Part shown: piece by piece, positions 18,351 to 30,100 of the stretch | How the letters are laid out: each line of letters begins with the position of its first letter | Numbering within the stretch: the first letter of the stretch is position 1 | Position numbers and translations under genes: made by a program | Notes under the pieces: generated by a model | The model's database searches: none | The model's input: the letters and a program-made list of their open reading frames with translations, nothing else | Told to the model about the DNA's origin: nothing | Origin: Candidatus Eiseniibacteriota bacterium | GTDB taxonomy: Bacteria; Eisenbacteria; RBG-16-71-46; CAVPCR01 | NCBI GenBank assembly: GCA_963823555.1 | Contig: CAWGMA010000001.1 | Span: forward strand, 448,001-512,000 | DNA length: 64,000 nucleotides | Reading direction: 5' to 3'

Positions 18351-19866
18351 ATGTCGACCTCCGTTCCCGTGGTTGTGCCTGATCGAGTCGCGCCCACGCT
18401 TCCTCCCACCAATCTGACAGCGGAGACCCTGCACACGGAGTTCCTCCGCCAGGCCCGGGTCGCGAGCTGGAACACGTGGCGGCTCCTGGTCCTCATCCGG
18501 GAGATGGATGCCTGTGAGGGCTACGAGCACTTCGGGTGCACCACCCTCGCTCATTACCTCGAGCTCACGTGCGGCATCACCGGGGTCGCGGCCCGGGAGC
18601 GGATCCGGGTCGCGTTCGCCCTCGAGTCGTTGCCGGCGCTCGAGGCGGCCCTCAAGCGGGGCGAGCTCTCCTACTCCAAGGTGCGGGCGGTGACGCGGGT
18701 GGCGACGGCGGAGACCGAGGGGGAGTGGCTCCGTGCGGCGCGGGAGCGGACGGCGGAGGAGCTCGAGGTGATGGCGGCGCGGGCGACGCGGGGGGAGCCG
18801 GTGCGGAGGCGGCTCCTCACGAAGGCGGTCAACGCGCACACGACCCGGATGGTGGTGGATCTCCCGGCGGAGGAGATGATGGTGGTGATGCGGGCGCTGG
18901 AGCGGATCCGGCGTGAGGCTGGCGGGAGCCTCTCGGGGTCGGAGGCGCTCGTCTACCTGGCGGCGGACTCGCTCTCGGGGGAGGTGGGGGAGGTGAGGAC
19001 GGCGGAGCGCTACGAGGTCGTGGTGCACGTGGGCGAGGATGGTGGGAGCTGGGTCGAGACCGACGACGCGGCGGGGGAGGCGCCGTTACCGCGGGAGGTC
19101 GTCGAGCGGCTCCTCTGCGACTGCGCGCTTCGGGTGGTCAGGGAGGGGAAGGAGGGGCTCGCGGCGAGCCGTCGCACGCGCACGGTGCCCGAGGTGACGC
19201 GGCGCGCGGTGGCGCTCCGCGATGGGCATCGCTGCCGGGTCCCGGGCTGCCGGCGGCGGCTGTGGCTCGACCTCCATCATCTCGTGCCGGTGTGGGAGGG
19301 AGGGCGGCATGTGCGGTCGAACCTCGTCTACCTCTGCCGGTTCCACCATCAGCTGGTGCACGCGGGGCTCTTGCGCTGCGAGCGGCCAGGAGGGGGAACT
19401 CCGGTTCGTGGCGGTGCGCGGGGAGCGATGGGTGCTGGGAGAAGCCGGGGCGATGGGAGACGAGGAGTTCTGGGAGTGGCTCCGGGAGGCGGAGAGCGGG
19501 AGAGTGGCGCCGGAGGAGATGGAGACGATCGAGGCCGCCGCAGCCGCAGGCGGGGATCCGGAGGAGCTGCGCTCGACCTACTACCGCTCGCGCGACCGGC
19601 GGCCGTGGCAGGCGCACGAGCGGCGGGCGGCCTACCGTGTTTCCGCGGAGACTTCGGCCGGCCGCGCTCCAGCAGAAACACCTCAAGCATATGTTTCCGC
19701 GGAAACATCGCCGGCCCCGGAGCCGGAGTCCAGCTTCGACAGACCGGCGCGCACGTTTCATGCTACAATGTCCCTATCCCATTCCGCGTCTGTTGAAGGA
19801 GTCGACCTATGTTCTTGCACCGCACTGGACGCGCCCTGGCCGCACCTTCCGCAGCCGGCGGACTGA
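18351..19866 (+). CDS. DUF222-like / HNH endonuclease, probably mobile; frameshift near 19390
   Basis: N-terminal LAHYL..CG...ARERIRVA.AL..LP...GELSYSKVRA.TRVAT; VERLLCD; C-terminal LRDGHRCRVPGC..LDLHHLVPVWEGG..SNLVYLCRFHH; protein-like tail continues in the 19222-19866 frame. Confidence 0.85.
19639..19708. repeat. Two GTTTCCGCGGA(A/G)AC palindromes (encoding VSAET) near the HNH gene end
   Basis: GTTTCCGCGGAGAC at 19639-19652 and the perfect 18-bp palindrome ATGTTTCCGCGGAAACAT at 19691-19708. Confidence 0.75.
19761..19769 (+). promoter_or_regulatory. Extended -10 element upstream of the first LamG gene
   Basis: TG-C-TACAAT about 40 nt upstream of ATG 19809, which has a GAAGGAG RBS. Confidence 0.45.
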
Positions 19867-22800
19867 TCCTCCTCCTTGTTCTTCTGCACTCGCCGAGTGC
19901 CTTCGCGCAGCAGAACGCCATCGACTTCGATGGCGCCAATGACTACGTGACCTTCGGCAGCGCTCCCGGCCTGGGGGCTGCGACCTTCACCCTCGAATGC
20001 TGGTTCAAGCGGGAAGGCGCCGGGACGACGACCTCGACCGGAACCGGCGGCATCACGTCGGCCATCCCGCTTCTGACGAAGGGTCGCGGCGAGGCCGAGG
20101 GCTCCAACGTCGACATGAACTACTTCCTCGGACTCCGCTCGACAGACAACGTGCTGGCGGCGGACTTCGAGGAGGGAGCCGGCGGGGCGAGCCCTGGGCT
20201 CAACCACCCGGTGTTCGGTGTGACGACGATCCGGAACGACACGTGGTACCACGCTGCCGTGACCTATGACGGGACGACGTGGAACCTCTATCTCAACGGG
20301 CAGCTCGAGACGACGCTCGCTGTAGGACAGCCCCCACGCTCGGACTCGATCCAGCATGCGGGGCTCGCGACCGCGATGACGTCGACCGGAGCGGCGGCCG
20401 GCTTCTTCGCCGGCGTCATCGACGAGGCGCGGGTGTGGAACGTGGCGCGGACGCAGACCGAGATCCAGGCCGGCATGTTCTCGGAGGTGACCGCGGGGAC
20501 GGGCCTCATCGGACGCTGGGGTCTGAACGAGGGCAGCGGCACGACGGCCGGCAACTCGGTTCCGGGCGGTGTCAGCGGGACGCTCACCAACGGTCCGCTG
20601 TGGGTACCGGGGACGCCGTTCGCACTCGAGAACGCGCTGGCGCTGGGCTCGGGGAGCGCGTACGTGACATTCGGTAACCAACCCACGCTCGGGCTTTCCC
20701 AGTTCACGTTGGAATGCTGGTTGAAGCGGGACGGAGCCGGGGCCACCGTTTCGACCGGGACCGGTGGTGTGGTAGCGATCCCGCTCATCACCAAGGGGCG
20801 GGGCGAGGCGGACGGCGACAACCGGGATATGAACTATTTCTTCGGGATCGACGGCACGAGCGCCGTGCTGGTCGCGGATTTCGAGGAGGGGGCCGGGGGG
20901 GCGAGCCCGGGGCTCAACCATCCGATCTCGGGCGCGACGCCAATCCTCAACGGGCAGTGGTACCACGCGGCAGTGACGTATGACGGGACGACCTGGCGCC
21001 TCTATCTCAACGGGAGCCTCGATGGGTCACTGGCCGTGGGCCAGCCCCCGCGTTCGGACTCGATCCAGCACTCGGGACTCGGCACGGCGCTCAACTCGAC
21101 GGGTGTCGCCTCCGGACACCTCGACGGCACGCTCGACGAGGTGCGGATCTGGAACTTCGCGCGCAGCGAGAGCGAGATCCAGGCCGATATCAATGCCCAG
21201 ATCACGACGGCGCAAACGGGACTCGTGGCGCGCTGGGGGCTGGATGAGGGTGCGGGGACGGCGATCCACGGGTCAGCCGGGACGGCGGTGACGGGGACGA
21301 TCACGGGTAGCGGCTGGTCGTGGGCGGCGAGTGCGCCCTTCGACATCATCGTCAATCCGACGCCGCCGGATCCGCCGACCAATCTCACGGCGACCGCGCT
21401 GAGCTGGGCCCAGGTCGATCTCCAGTGGAGCGACAACTCGACGGACGAGCAGAGCTTCGAGATCGAGCGCTCGACGACGGGTGCGGGGGGCCCGTTCACG
21501 CTCCTGGCGACCGTGCCGGCGAACACGACGACATACAGCGACGCCGATCTGGATCCCGTGACCGAGTATTGCTACCAGGTGCGAGCGGTGAACAGCGGGG
21601 GGCCGTCCGCGTACACGAACGTGGACTGCGCGACGACGCCGGCGGAGGGGGATTTTGCGCTCGACTTCGGAGCCGGGACCGCCCACGTGGCGTTCGGGCC
21701 GGCGCTGCCCACCCTCGGGCTGTCGCAGTTCACGCTCGAGTGCTGGTTCCGCCGGGATGGGACCGGTTCGACGGCGAACACGGGCACGGGCGGGTTCCTC
21801 GGGGTGCCGCTGGTGACGAAGGGTGTGGGGGAGGCCGAGGCGTCCAACGTCGACATGAACTACTTCCTCGGCATCAAGTCGCCGGAGAACGTGCTGGCGG
21901 CCGACTTCGAGGAAGGTGCGAGCGGAACGAGTCCGGGGCACAACCATCCCGTGATCGGCATGACCGTGATCACCTCGGGCGTCTGGTACCACGCCGCGGC
22001 GACCTACGACGGCACGACGTGGCGGCTCTACGTGAACGGGAACCTGGATGCGGAGGTCGCGGTGGGCGAGCCGCCGCGCTCGGACACGATCCAGCACGCG
22101 GGGCTTGGAGTGGCACTCAACTCGACGGGGGTGCCCTCCGGCCACTTCGACGGAGTGCTCGATGAGGTGCGGATCTGGAACGAGGCGCGCACCGAGCCCG
22201 AGATCGAGGCCACGCGCCACGTCGAGATCACCACCCCACAGACCGGCCTCGTCGCCCGCTGGGGGCTGAACGAGGGCGCGGGCCTCCTCGTGCACGGCTC
22301 GGCCGGAACCACGGTCAACGGGTCGATCGTGGGCACGGGCTCGAGCTGGACCGACGGCGCGCCGATCGGCGTCACGACGCCGCCGGCGGCGCCGACCGAT
22401 CTCGTCGCGACGGCGGCCGGCGGGTTCCAGATCGATCTTGCCTGGGTCGACAACGCGACCGACGAGGGCAACTTCGAGATCGAGCGCTCGACCACCGGCG
22501 CCGGCGGGCCGTTCGCGCCGCTGGCGACGGTGCCGGCGAACACGACGACCTACATCGACACCGATCTCGATCCGGAGACCGAGTACTGCTACCGGGTGCG
22601 GGCGGTGAACGTCGCCGGGGCCTCGGACTACTCGAACGTGGATTGCGCGACGACCACCGGCGAGGGCGACTTCGCTCTCGACTTCGGGGGCACGGATGCC
22701 TATGTGACGTTCGGTCCGGCGCTGCCCGACCTCGGCCTCGCCACGTTCACGCTCGAGTGCTGGTTCCGGCGCGACGGTGCTGGCGTCTCCACGACGACCG

Positions 22801-24896
22801 GATCGGGCGGTGTCGATGCCGTGCCGCTCGTCACCAAGGGCCGCGGCGAACAGGATGGCTCGAACGTCGACATGAACTACTTCCTGGGCATCCGCGCCTC
22901 GGACGGGGTCCTCGCCGCCGACTTCGAGGACGCGGCCACGGGCGGCAACCACCCGATCGTGGGAGCGACGCCGGTCACCTCCGACGTCTGGCACCACGCA
23001 GCGGCCACCTATGACGGGACGACGTGGCGGCTCTACCTCGACGGCAGCCTCGATGCGGAGCTCGCGGTCGGCGAGACGCCGCGCTCCGACTCGATCCAGC
23101 ATGCGGCTCTCGCCAGTGCGCTCACCTCGACCGGGGTGGCGGCCGGGTACTTCGACGGCGTCCTCGACGAGGCGCGGATCTGGAACACGGCGCGAACGCT
23201 GACCGAGATCCAGGCCGACCCTCAACATCGAGATCACGACCGCCCAGCCCGGCCTCGTCGCCCGCTGGGGACTGAACGAGGGCATGGGCACGGTGGTTCA
23301 CGGCGGGGCCGGGACGACCGTGGATGGCGCGATCCTGGGCTCCACCTGGTCGTGGACCGCGGGTGCTCCGTTCGAGATCAACCTGCCTCCCGATCTCCCC
23401 GTGCTCGTGTCCCCGCTGGATGGTGGCACGGGTGTGCCGACCTCGCCCACGCTCGAGGTGACGGTCTCCGATCCGGAGACGGCGACGAACCTGACCGTCG
23501 AATTTCTACGGTCGTCCACGAACGACCAGCACGGCGCCCGACTTCACGCTCGTGCGGCTGCCCGACACGCAGTACTACACGTCGGAGCAGAACGGCGGGT
23601 CGACCGCCATGCTACCAGGCGCAGACCCAGTGGATCGTGGACAACCGGGAGTCCCGCAACATCGTTTATGTCGCACCAGCTCGGCGACTGCGTCGAGCGT
23701 GGCGACAATGACGGAGATCCGATCGAGTGGCAGCGGGCCGAATCGTCGCTGACCCTCCTCGAGAACCCGGTGACGACGCTGCTCGCCGAGGGCATTCCCT
23801 ATCGGCGATCGCGGTGGGCAACCACGACCAGTCGCCGAACGGCGATGCCGACGGGACGACGACCTTCTACAACCAGTACTTCGGCGATTCTCGCTTCGCG
23901 GGCCGCGCCTACTACGGCGGCCACTACGGAGCGAACAACGACAATCACTTCGATGCTCTTCAGCGCCAGCGGGATGGACTTCATCTGGTCATCCTGGAGT
24001 ACGACCGACGCCGGATGCAGGCCGGTGCTCGACTGGGCGGAGGGGCTGCTGGCCACCCATGCGACGCGCCACGGCGATCGTGGTCAGCCACTACCTCATG
24101 AACACCGGGACGCAGGCGTCCTTCGCCGCCAGGGACAGCGTGACTACGACGCGCTGCAAGGACCACCCGAACCTCTTCCTGATGTCTGCGGGCACGTGTC
24201 GGGCGAGGGTCGGCGCATCGACATCTTCGCGGGAGCACCGTGTACACGCTGCTTGCCGACTACCAGAGTCGGACGAACGGCGGAAACGGCTGGCTGCGGA
24301 TCCTCGAGTTCTCGCCGGCGAACAACGAGATGGCGGTCAAGACCTACTCGCCGACGCTCGACCAGTTCGAGACCGACGGCGACTCCCAGTTCATCCTTCC
24401 GGTCGACTTCACGCCGGCGGCGAACTGGGAGCTGATCGGGACCCAGGTCGTGGGCTCGGGGCAGAACGCATCCGTCGTCTGGCCCGATCGCGAGGTCCTC
24501 ACCGAGTACGAGTGGTACGTGACGGTCTCGGATGGCGTGCAGACGCGGACCGGACCGGTGTGGTCCTTCACGACCGGGGAGACGGCGGGGATCGACGTCG
24601 CTGGAGCTCCGCTTCCGACCCGGCTCGAGCTCCTGCCGGCGCGGCCCAATCCATTCAATCCCTCGACGACGATCCACTTCCGGCTGCCGGTAGCGGGAGA
24701 CGTCGAGGTCGGGGTCTACGACGTGAGCGGCCAGCTCGTGCGGAACCTCGTGGCGGAGCGGTTGCCTGCCGGGGAGCACGCGGTCGCGTGGGATGGACGG
24801 AGCGGGCGCGGCAAGGCGGTCGGCTCGGGCGTTTATCTCGTCCGGCTCCGAGTCGGCGCGCGCGAGCTCACGCAGAAGGTGCAGCTCATCAAGTAG
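19809..24896 (+). CDS. Large secreted protein: 4 LamG-like + 2 FN3 + calcineurin-like metallophosphoesterase + FlgD-Ig/T9SS-like CTD; many frameshifts at ~23220-24240
   Basis: Signal peptide; repeated FTLECWF..WYHAAVTYDGTTWRLY.NG..DEVRIWN units; FN3 FEIERS..EYCYQVRAVN; fragments LPDTQ, LGDC and GNHD; ends PNPFNPSTT..WDGR..SGVYLVRL..KVQLIK. Confidence 0.85.
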
Positions 24897-24919
24897 CGGT
24901 TTCGATAGGGATCGAAGGG

Positions 24920-24955
24920 AGGACCCGGCGGGGCGATGGCCCGCCGGGTCCTTTC
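24920..24955 (+). terminator. Intrinsic terminator
   Basis: 13-bp stem AGGACCCGGCGGG / CCCGCCGGGTCCT followed by TTC. Confidence 0.7.
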
Positions 24956-25048
24956 GCATGGATCGGCGGCCCATCCACCGGCGCAACCCGCTGGGGCTGG
25001 GCTCCGTCCTCCAGAACAGCTTCTGCCCCTGCGGGAAGGGAGGAATCC

Positions 25049-26266
25049 ATGCGGTTGCCGACCCTCGTCGTCGCGGTGGGACTGGCCGCGGCATCCCTTC
25101 TGACGGCGCGGTCCGGCCGGTGCGGCGAACCGCTCGATTGCGCCATCTTCGGGGCTGTCAGGTCCCTGACGCTCGAGTCGGCGACGCTCGGCCAGACGCG
25201 GGAGGTGTGGGTCGGGCTCCCCGACGACTACGAGACCTCCGGCGGGCGCTATCCAGTCCTCTACGTGCTCGACGCCAAGTGGCACTTCCTGCCTGCTCTC
25301 GCTGCCGTGCGGGCTCTGGCGGAAACCTCCTACATCGGGAGTCACCGCATTCCTCGTCTCATCGTCGTCGGTGTCGTGTCCCGTGACCGCAACGAAGAAG
25401 ACACACCGACCCGGTGTCCATCCCAGCATGGCATGACCTTCCCGACCAGCGGCGGTGCCGATCGGTTCCTCGAATTCCTCGGTGATGAGCTCATTCCGCT
25501 CGTCGACGCGCGCTTCCGGACAGAGCCCCACCGGATGCTCGCCGGGTGGTCGCTGGGTGGATTGCTCACGATGCACGCGCTGTTCGAGCGACCCGAGCTC
25601 TTCGGCGGGCACCTGGCGATCAGTCCCTCCCTGTGGTGGGACCACCGGCTCCTGGTGGAGCGCGGCACGGAGCTGGCCACCGGTGAAGGAGCACGGGAGC
25701 GAGATCTCGTCCTCACCATTGGCACCGGGGAAGAGGGCGGGCTCTGCTATGAGGCGGTGCACGAGCTGGTGCGGCGGTGGGACCAGGAGCCAGTCGCCGG
25801 TCTCGAGTTTTCCTTCGTGGAGATTCCAGGGGAGGATCACAACCACGCGCCGTTCAAGGCCTACATCGATGGGCTACGTGCTCTCTTCGCCGACTGGTTC
25901 CTTCCGGAGGAGGCCTTCGGGGCGGGGCTCGGCGGGCTGCAGGCCCACTACGCTGCACTCTCCGCCCGGTGGGGCTACCGTATCGACGTGCCGGACCACA
26001 TCTATACCGCCCTCGCGCGAAGCCTCCTGGCCGAAGGCCGTGGTCCCGATGCCATTGCCGTGGTGCGAGCCCAGTGTGAGGCCCAACCCGACTCGCCCAT
26101 CCATCACTTCCAGCTCGGGGAGGTCTGCCGCCAGGCCGAGGACTCCGCAGGCGCCCGCCAGGCCTACGAGAAGGCGCTCGCGCTCGAGCATGCCAGGAGC
26201 GCCCCCGACACGGTGTTCATCAACTGGGTCGAAGGCGTCCTCTCTGAACTCGGGGATGATGGATGA
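25049..26266 (+). CDS. Exported alpha/beta hydrolase (IroE/Fes-like esterase) with C-terminal TPR
   Basis: Signal peptide; YPVLYVLDA, GGADRFLEFL..ELIP, nucleophile motif GWSLGG, ISPSLWW, EDH; TPR-like tail. Confidence 0.85.
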   Translation: MRLPTLVVAVGLAAASLLTARSGRCGEPLDCAIFGAVRSLTLESATLGQTREVWVGLPDDYETSGGRYPVLYVLDAKWHFLPALAAVRALAETSYIGSHRIPRLIVVGVVSRDRNEEDTPTRCPSQHGMTFPTSGGADRFLEFLGDELIPLVDARFRTEPHRMLAGWSLGGLLTMHALFERPELFGGHLAISPSLWWDHRLLVERGTELATGEGARERDLVLTIGTGEEGGLCYEAVHELVRRWDQEPVAGLEFSFVEIPGEDHNHAPFKAYIDGLRALFADWFLPEEAFGAGLGGLQAHYAALSARWGYRIDVPDHIYTALARSLLAEGRGPDAIAVVRAQCEAQPDSPIHHFQLGEVCRQAEDSAGARQAYEKALALEHARSAPDTVFINWVEGVLSELGDDG

Positions 26267-26367
26267 AACAGGGATGGCCCACCCATGCCGCCGTCGCCGT
26301 GTTCGTGTCGTGGCCGCACACCCCACGCACTGGCAGTTCTCCTTCACGCGCACCGTGCCTCCGCAAG

Positions 26368-26579
26368 GGAGATCGGATCTGTTCATCAGCTTCCGGCGGG
26401 GCGATGGGGGGTAAGGCGAGGCCATGCGCCTGGGAAACGGCATCAACTCCGAGCACAATGAGGTGAGCCCGGTGGTCACTGCCGATGGACGTTACTTGTT
26501 CTTCCTTCGGGCGAGCCAGGACATGAATGACGTGTGCTGGGTCAGTGCGGAGATCATCGAGCTGGTGCGGCAACGCTGA
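26368..26579 (+). pseudogene. C-terminal remnant of a PD40 (WD40-like) beta-propeller protein
   Basis: Reads GRSDLFISFRRGDGG*GEAMRLGNGINSEHNEVSPVVTADGRYLFFLR..DVCWVSAEIIELVRQR*; in-frame TAA (26412-26414) falls where the family usually has Trp; 5' part missing. Confidence 0.7.
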
Positions 26580-26692
26580 GACGCTGTCCTGGGGTCCGAT
26601 GGTGCGCTGAATGCTCCTTGTCGCACCGGGCGCTCTCGCCTAGACTTTGGCAATCTCCGTACCGCATACCCCCCATTCCCGGAGGAAGAGAC

Positions 26693-27070
26693 ATGGATAG
26701 CATCTCCTACAAGGGCGATCTCACCTGCTCGCTCAGCGTCAAGGACCTGGAGCGTGCGATCAAGTGGTACCACGAGCGTATGGGGTTCGAGGTCATCTAC
26801 AAGCTCGATGACATGGGGTGGTGCGAGCTCAGGACGCCGATCGAGACCGTGACCGTTGGCCTTTCCCAGACCGCTGAGCCCATCGTGCCCGGCGGCGCGA
26901 CCCTGGTCTGGGGCGTCAAGGACATCGCTGCGGCACGGTCCTTTCTCGAGGCGAAGGGCGTTCGCTTCCTGGGCGACACGGTGACGATCGAGGGCATGGT
27001 CAAGCTCGCCACGTTCCAGGATCCGGACGGGAACCGGATCATGTTCTCGCAGAACCTCCAGACCGGGTAG
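26693..27070 (+). CDS. VOC/glyoxalase family protein
   Basis: VKDLERAIKWY...GF and FQDPDGN motifs; GGAGG RBS. Confidence 0.88.
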   Translation: MDSISYKGDLTCSLSVKDLERAIKWYHERMGFEVIYKLDDMGWCELRTPIETVTVGLSQTAEPIVPGGATLVWGVKDIAAARSFLEAKGVRFLGDTVTIEGMVKLATFQDPDGNRIMFSQNLQTG

Positions 27071-27109
27071 GGCACGGGCGGCGGCGGCTCATGGCGGGGG
27101 CTTCTCCCG

Positions 27110-27154
27110 CGGGACTCCGGTGGGTTCCGTGGTGGTATAATCACCGGAGTCCCG
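27110..27154 (+). promoter_or_regulatory. Extended -10 (TGGTATAAT) enclosed by a perfect 13-bp inverted repeat
   Basis: CGGGACTCCGGTG (27110-27122) / CACCGGAGTCCCG (27142-27154); TGGTATAAT at 27133-27141 lies in the loop. Confidence 0.6.
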
Positions 27155-27170
27155 TTGGAGGAACTCAACG

Positions 27171-30100
27171 ATGCAGTCGCCGCAGCTCGTCGTCCGCTCG
27201 GCTCATGACGGCCGCCTTTCCCACCGTTCTTCGTCGCTCCGCCACCGCTTCCCAGGACAAACACGATCCAGAGCCGGCGTTGCGCTCGCCGCGACGTTGC
27301 TGCTGGTCACGGCAGGACCAGCGCTGGCGCAGACGGGGTTGCAATTCAATGGGTCCAACCAGTACGTGACGTTCGGAGCGGCGCCGAGTCTCGGTGCGTC
27401 GACGTTCACGCTCGAGTGCTGGTTCTACCGGACCGGCGCGGGAGTGGTCGCCTCGACCGGGAGCGGGGGTGTCTCCGCTGTGCCGCTGCTCACCAAAGGT
27501 CGCGGCGAGGCGGATGGCGACAATCGCGACTGCAACTACTTCCTGGGAATTCGCGGATCGGACAACGTCTTGTGTGCCGATTTCGAGGACACGGCCACGG
27601 GTGGCAATCACCCGGTAGCCGGGATCACTGCGATCCAGAACAACACCTGGTATCACGCCGCGGTGACCTATGATGGAACGACATGGCAGGTGTTCCTGAA
27701 CGGCCAGCTCGAGACCATGCTGGCGGCCAACGCCACGCCACGTTTCGACTCGATCCAGCATGCGGGGATTGCGACCGCGATGACGTCGACCGGAGCCCCG
27801 GCCGGGTACTTTGCCGGCGTCATCGACGAGGCACGCATCTGGAATGTCGCACGCACACAGACCGCGATCCAGGCCGACATGTTCTCGGAGCTGATAGCCG
27901 GAACGGGGCTCACCGGTCGCTGGGGCCTGAACGAGGGCAGCGGGACCACGGCCGGCAACTCGGTTCCGGGTGGTGTCAGCGGGACGCTCACCAACGGGCC
28001 GCTGTGGGTCGCGGGCATCTTGCCGCCCAGCGCGCTGCAGCTCGGCGTCTCGAACGCCTATGTGACATTCGGCAACGCCGCCGCGCTCGGACTTCCCCAG
28101 TTCACGCTCGAGTGCTGGTTCAAGCGCAACGGGGCCGGCGTGACGACCACGACGGGCAGCGGTGGCATTGACTCAGCCATCCCGCTTGTGACCAAGGGCC
28201 GGGGCGAGGGCGATGGTTCGAATGTCGACATGAACTACTTCTTCGGCATCGACAACACGACGGGCACCCTCGCCGCCGATTTCGAGGAGGGGGCAGCCGG
28301 GTCGAGCCCGGGTCTCAACCATCCGATCCTCGGTGTGACGCCGGTCACGAGCGGGGTCTGGCACCATGCCGCTGCGACGTACGACGGGACGATGTGGCGC
28401 CTCTATCTCGACGGCATCCTGGACGCCGAGCTCGTGGTCGGGCAGCCCCCCCGTTCGGACTCCATCCAGCATTCCGCGCTCGGGAGCGCTCTGACCTCGA
28501 CCGGGGCGCCGGATGGCTACTTCAACGGTACCCTGGATGAGGTTCGGATCTGGAATTACGCGCGAACCGGGATTCAGATCCAGGCCGACATCAACGTGGA
28601 GATGACGACGCCAGAAAGCGGTCTCGTCGAGCGCTGGGGTCTCGATGAAGTGACCGGGTCGTCGGTTCCGGGTACGGTCGTTCCCATCGCCGGGACCATC
28701 ACCGGGTCCGGTTGGCGCTGGGCGGCGAGCGCGCCGTTCAACCTGAGCTTCACGCCTCCCGCTGCACCGACGAGCCTCACGGCGACGGCGCCGACCTGGG
28801 CGCAGGTGGATCTCCAGTGGACCGACAACTCGACCGACGAGGCGAACTTCGAGATCGAGCGCTCGACGACCGGCGCCGGAGGACCGTTCACGCTGCTGGC
28901 GACGGTGCCCGCGAACACGACCACCTACAGCGATCCCGCCGTCGACCCCGGGATCGAATACTGCTACCAGGTCCGGGCGGTCAGCGGGGCGGGGGCCTCG
29001 GCCTACACGAACGTGGACTGCGCGACCACACCGGCGGAGGGGGATTACGCACTCGATCTGGGAACGGGGTCCGCCTACGTAACGTTCGGGTCGGCGCTCC
29101 CAACGCTGGGACTGCCGCAGTTCACGATCGAGTGCTGGTTCCGTCAGGATGGCGCGGGAACGACGGCCAATACGGGCGGCGGCGGGTTCTCTGCGGTGCC
29201 GCTCGTGACGAAGGGTGTGGGGGAGGCCGAGGGATCCAACGTCGACATGAACTACTTCCTCGGCATTCACGGTACAACCGGCACGCTGGCGGCCGATTTC
29301 GAGGAGGGACCGGGAGGCGCAGGCCCCCTCGGGCAGAATCATCCGGTGATCGGGACCACCATGATCGCTACGGGGATGTGGTATCACGCGGCGGCGACCT
29401 ACGATGGCACGACCTGGCGGCTCTACCTGAACGGTCACCTGGATGCCGAGGTCGCGGTCGGCCAGCCCCCCCGCTCGGACTCGATCCAGCATGCGGCGCT
29501 GGGTGCGGCGCTCAACTCGACGGGAGCCGCCTCCGGCCACTTCGACGGCGTTCTCGATGAAGTGCGGATCTGGAACGCGGCGCGCACCGAGGCCGAGATC
29601 CAGGCCGACATCAATGCGCAGATCTCGACTGCGCAGGCCGGTCTTGTCGCCCGCTGGGGGTTGAACGAAGGCGCGGGCACGGTCGTTCATGCCAACGCCG
29701 GAACGACCGTCAACGGCACGATTCTCAGCTCGGGCTCATCCTGGCTCACTCCGGGCGCGCCCTTCGACATCTCCTTCGACCCCCCGGATGCCCCGCCCAG
29801 CAACCTCGTGGCCACAGCGGTTGCGCCGGATGAGATCGATCTCACCTGGACCGACGGCTCGACCAACGAGTCGGGCTTCGAGATCGAGCGCTCCACCGAC
29901 GGCGGCAGCACTTTCGCCCTCCTCACGTTGGTTCCTGCCAACACGGAGAGCTACGCCGATCCAGGCCTGAGTCCGCTTACCGAGTACTGCTACCAGGTGC
30001 GGGCGGTCAATGCCAACGGGGCCTCCTCCTACACGAACCAGGATTGCGCCACGACGCCCGATGCCGACTTCGCGCTCGATCTGGGGACGGGTTCCGCCTA

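Noticed and set aside
23220..24240. Dense frameshifts suggesting pseudogenisation of the phosphoesterase domain in LamG gene 1
   Set aside because: Many single-base indels are confined to about 1 kb while motifs still match the intact paralog; this fits low-coverage long-read error better than decay. Reads are needed to settle it.
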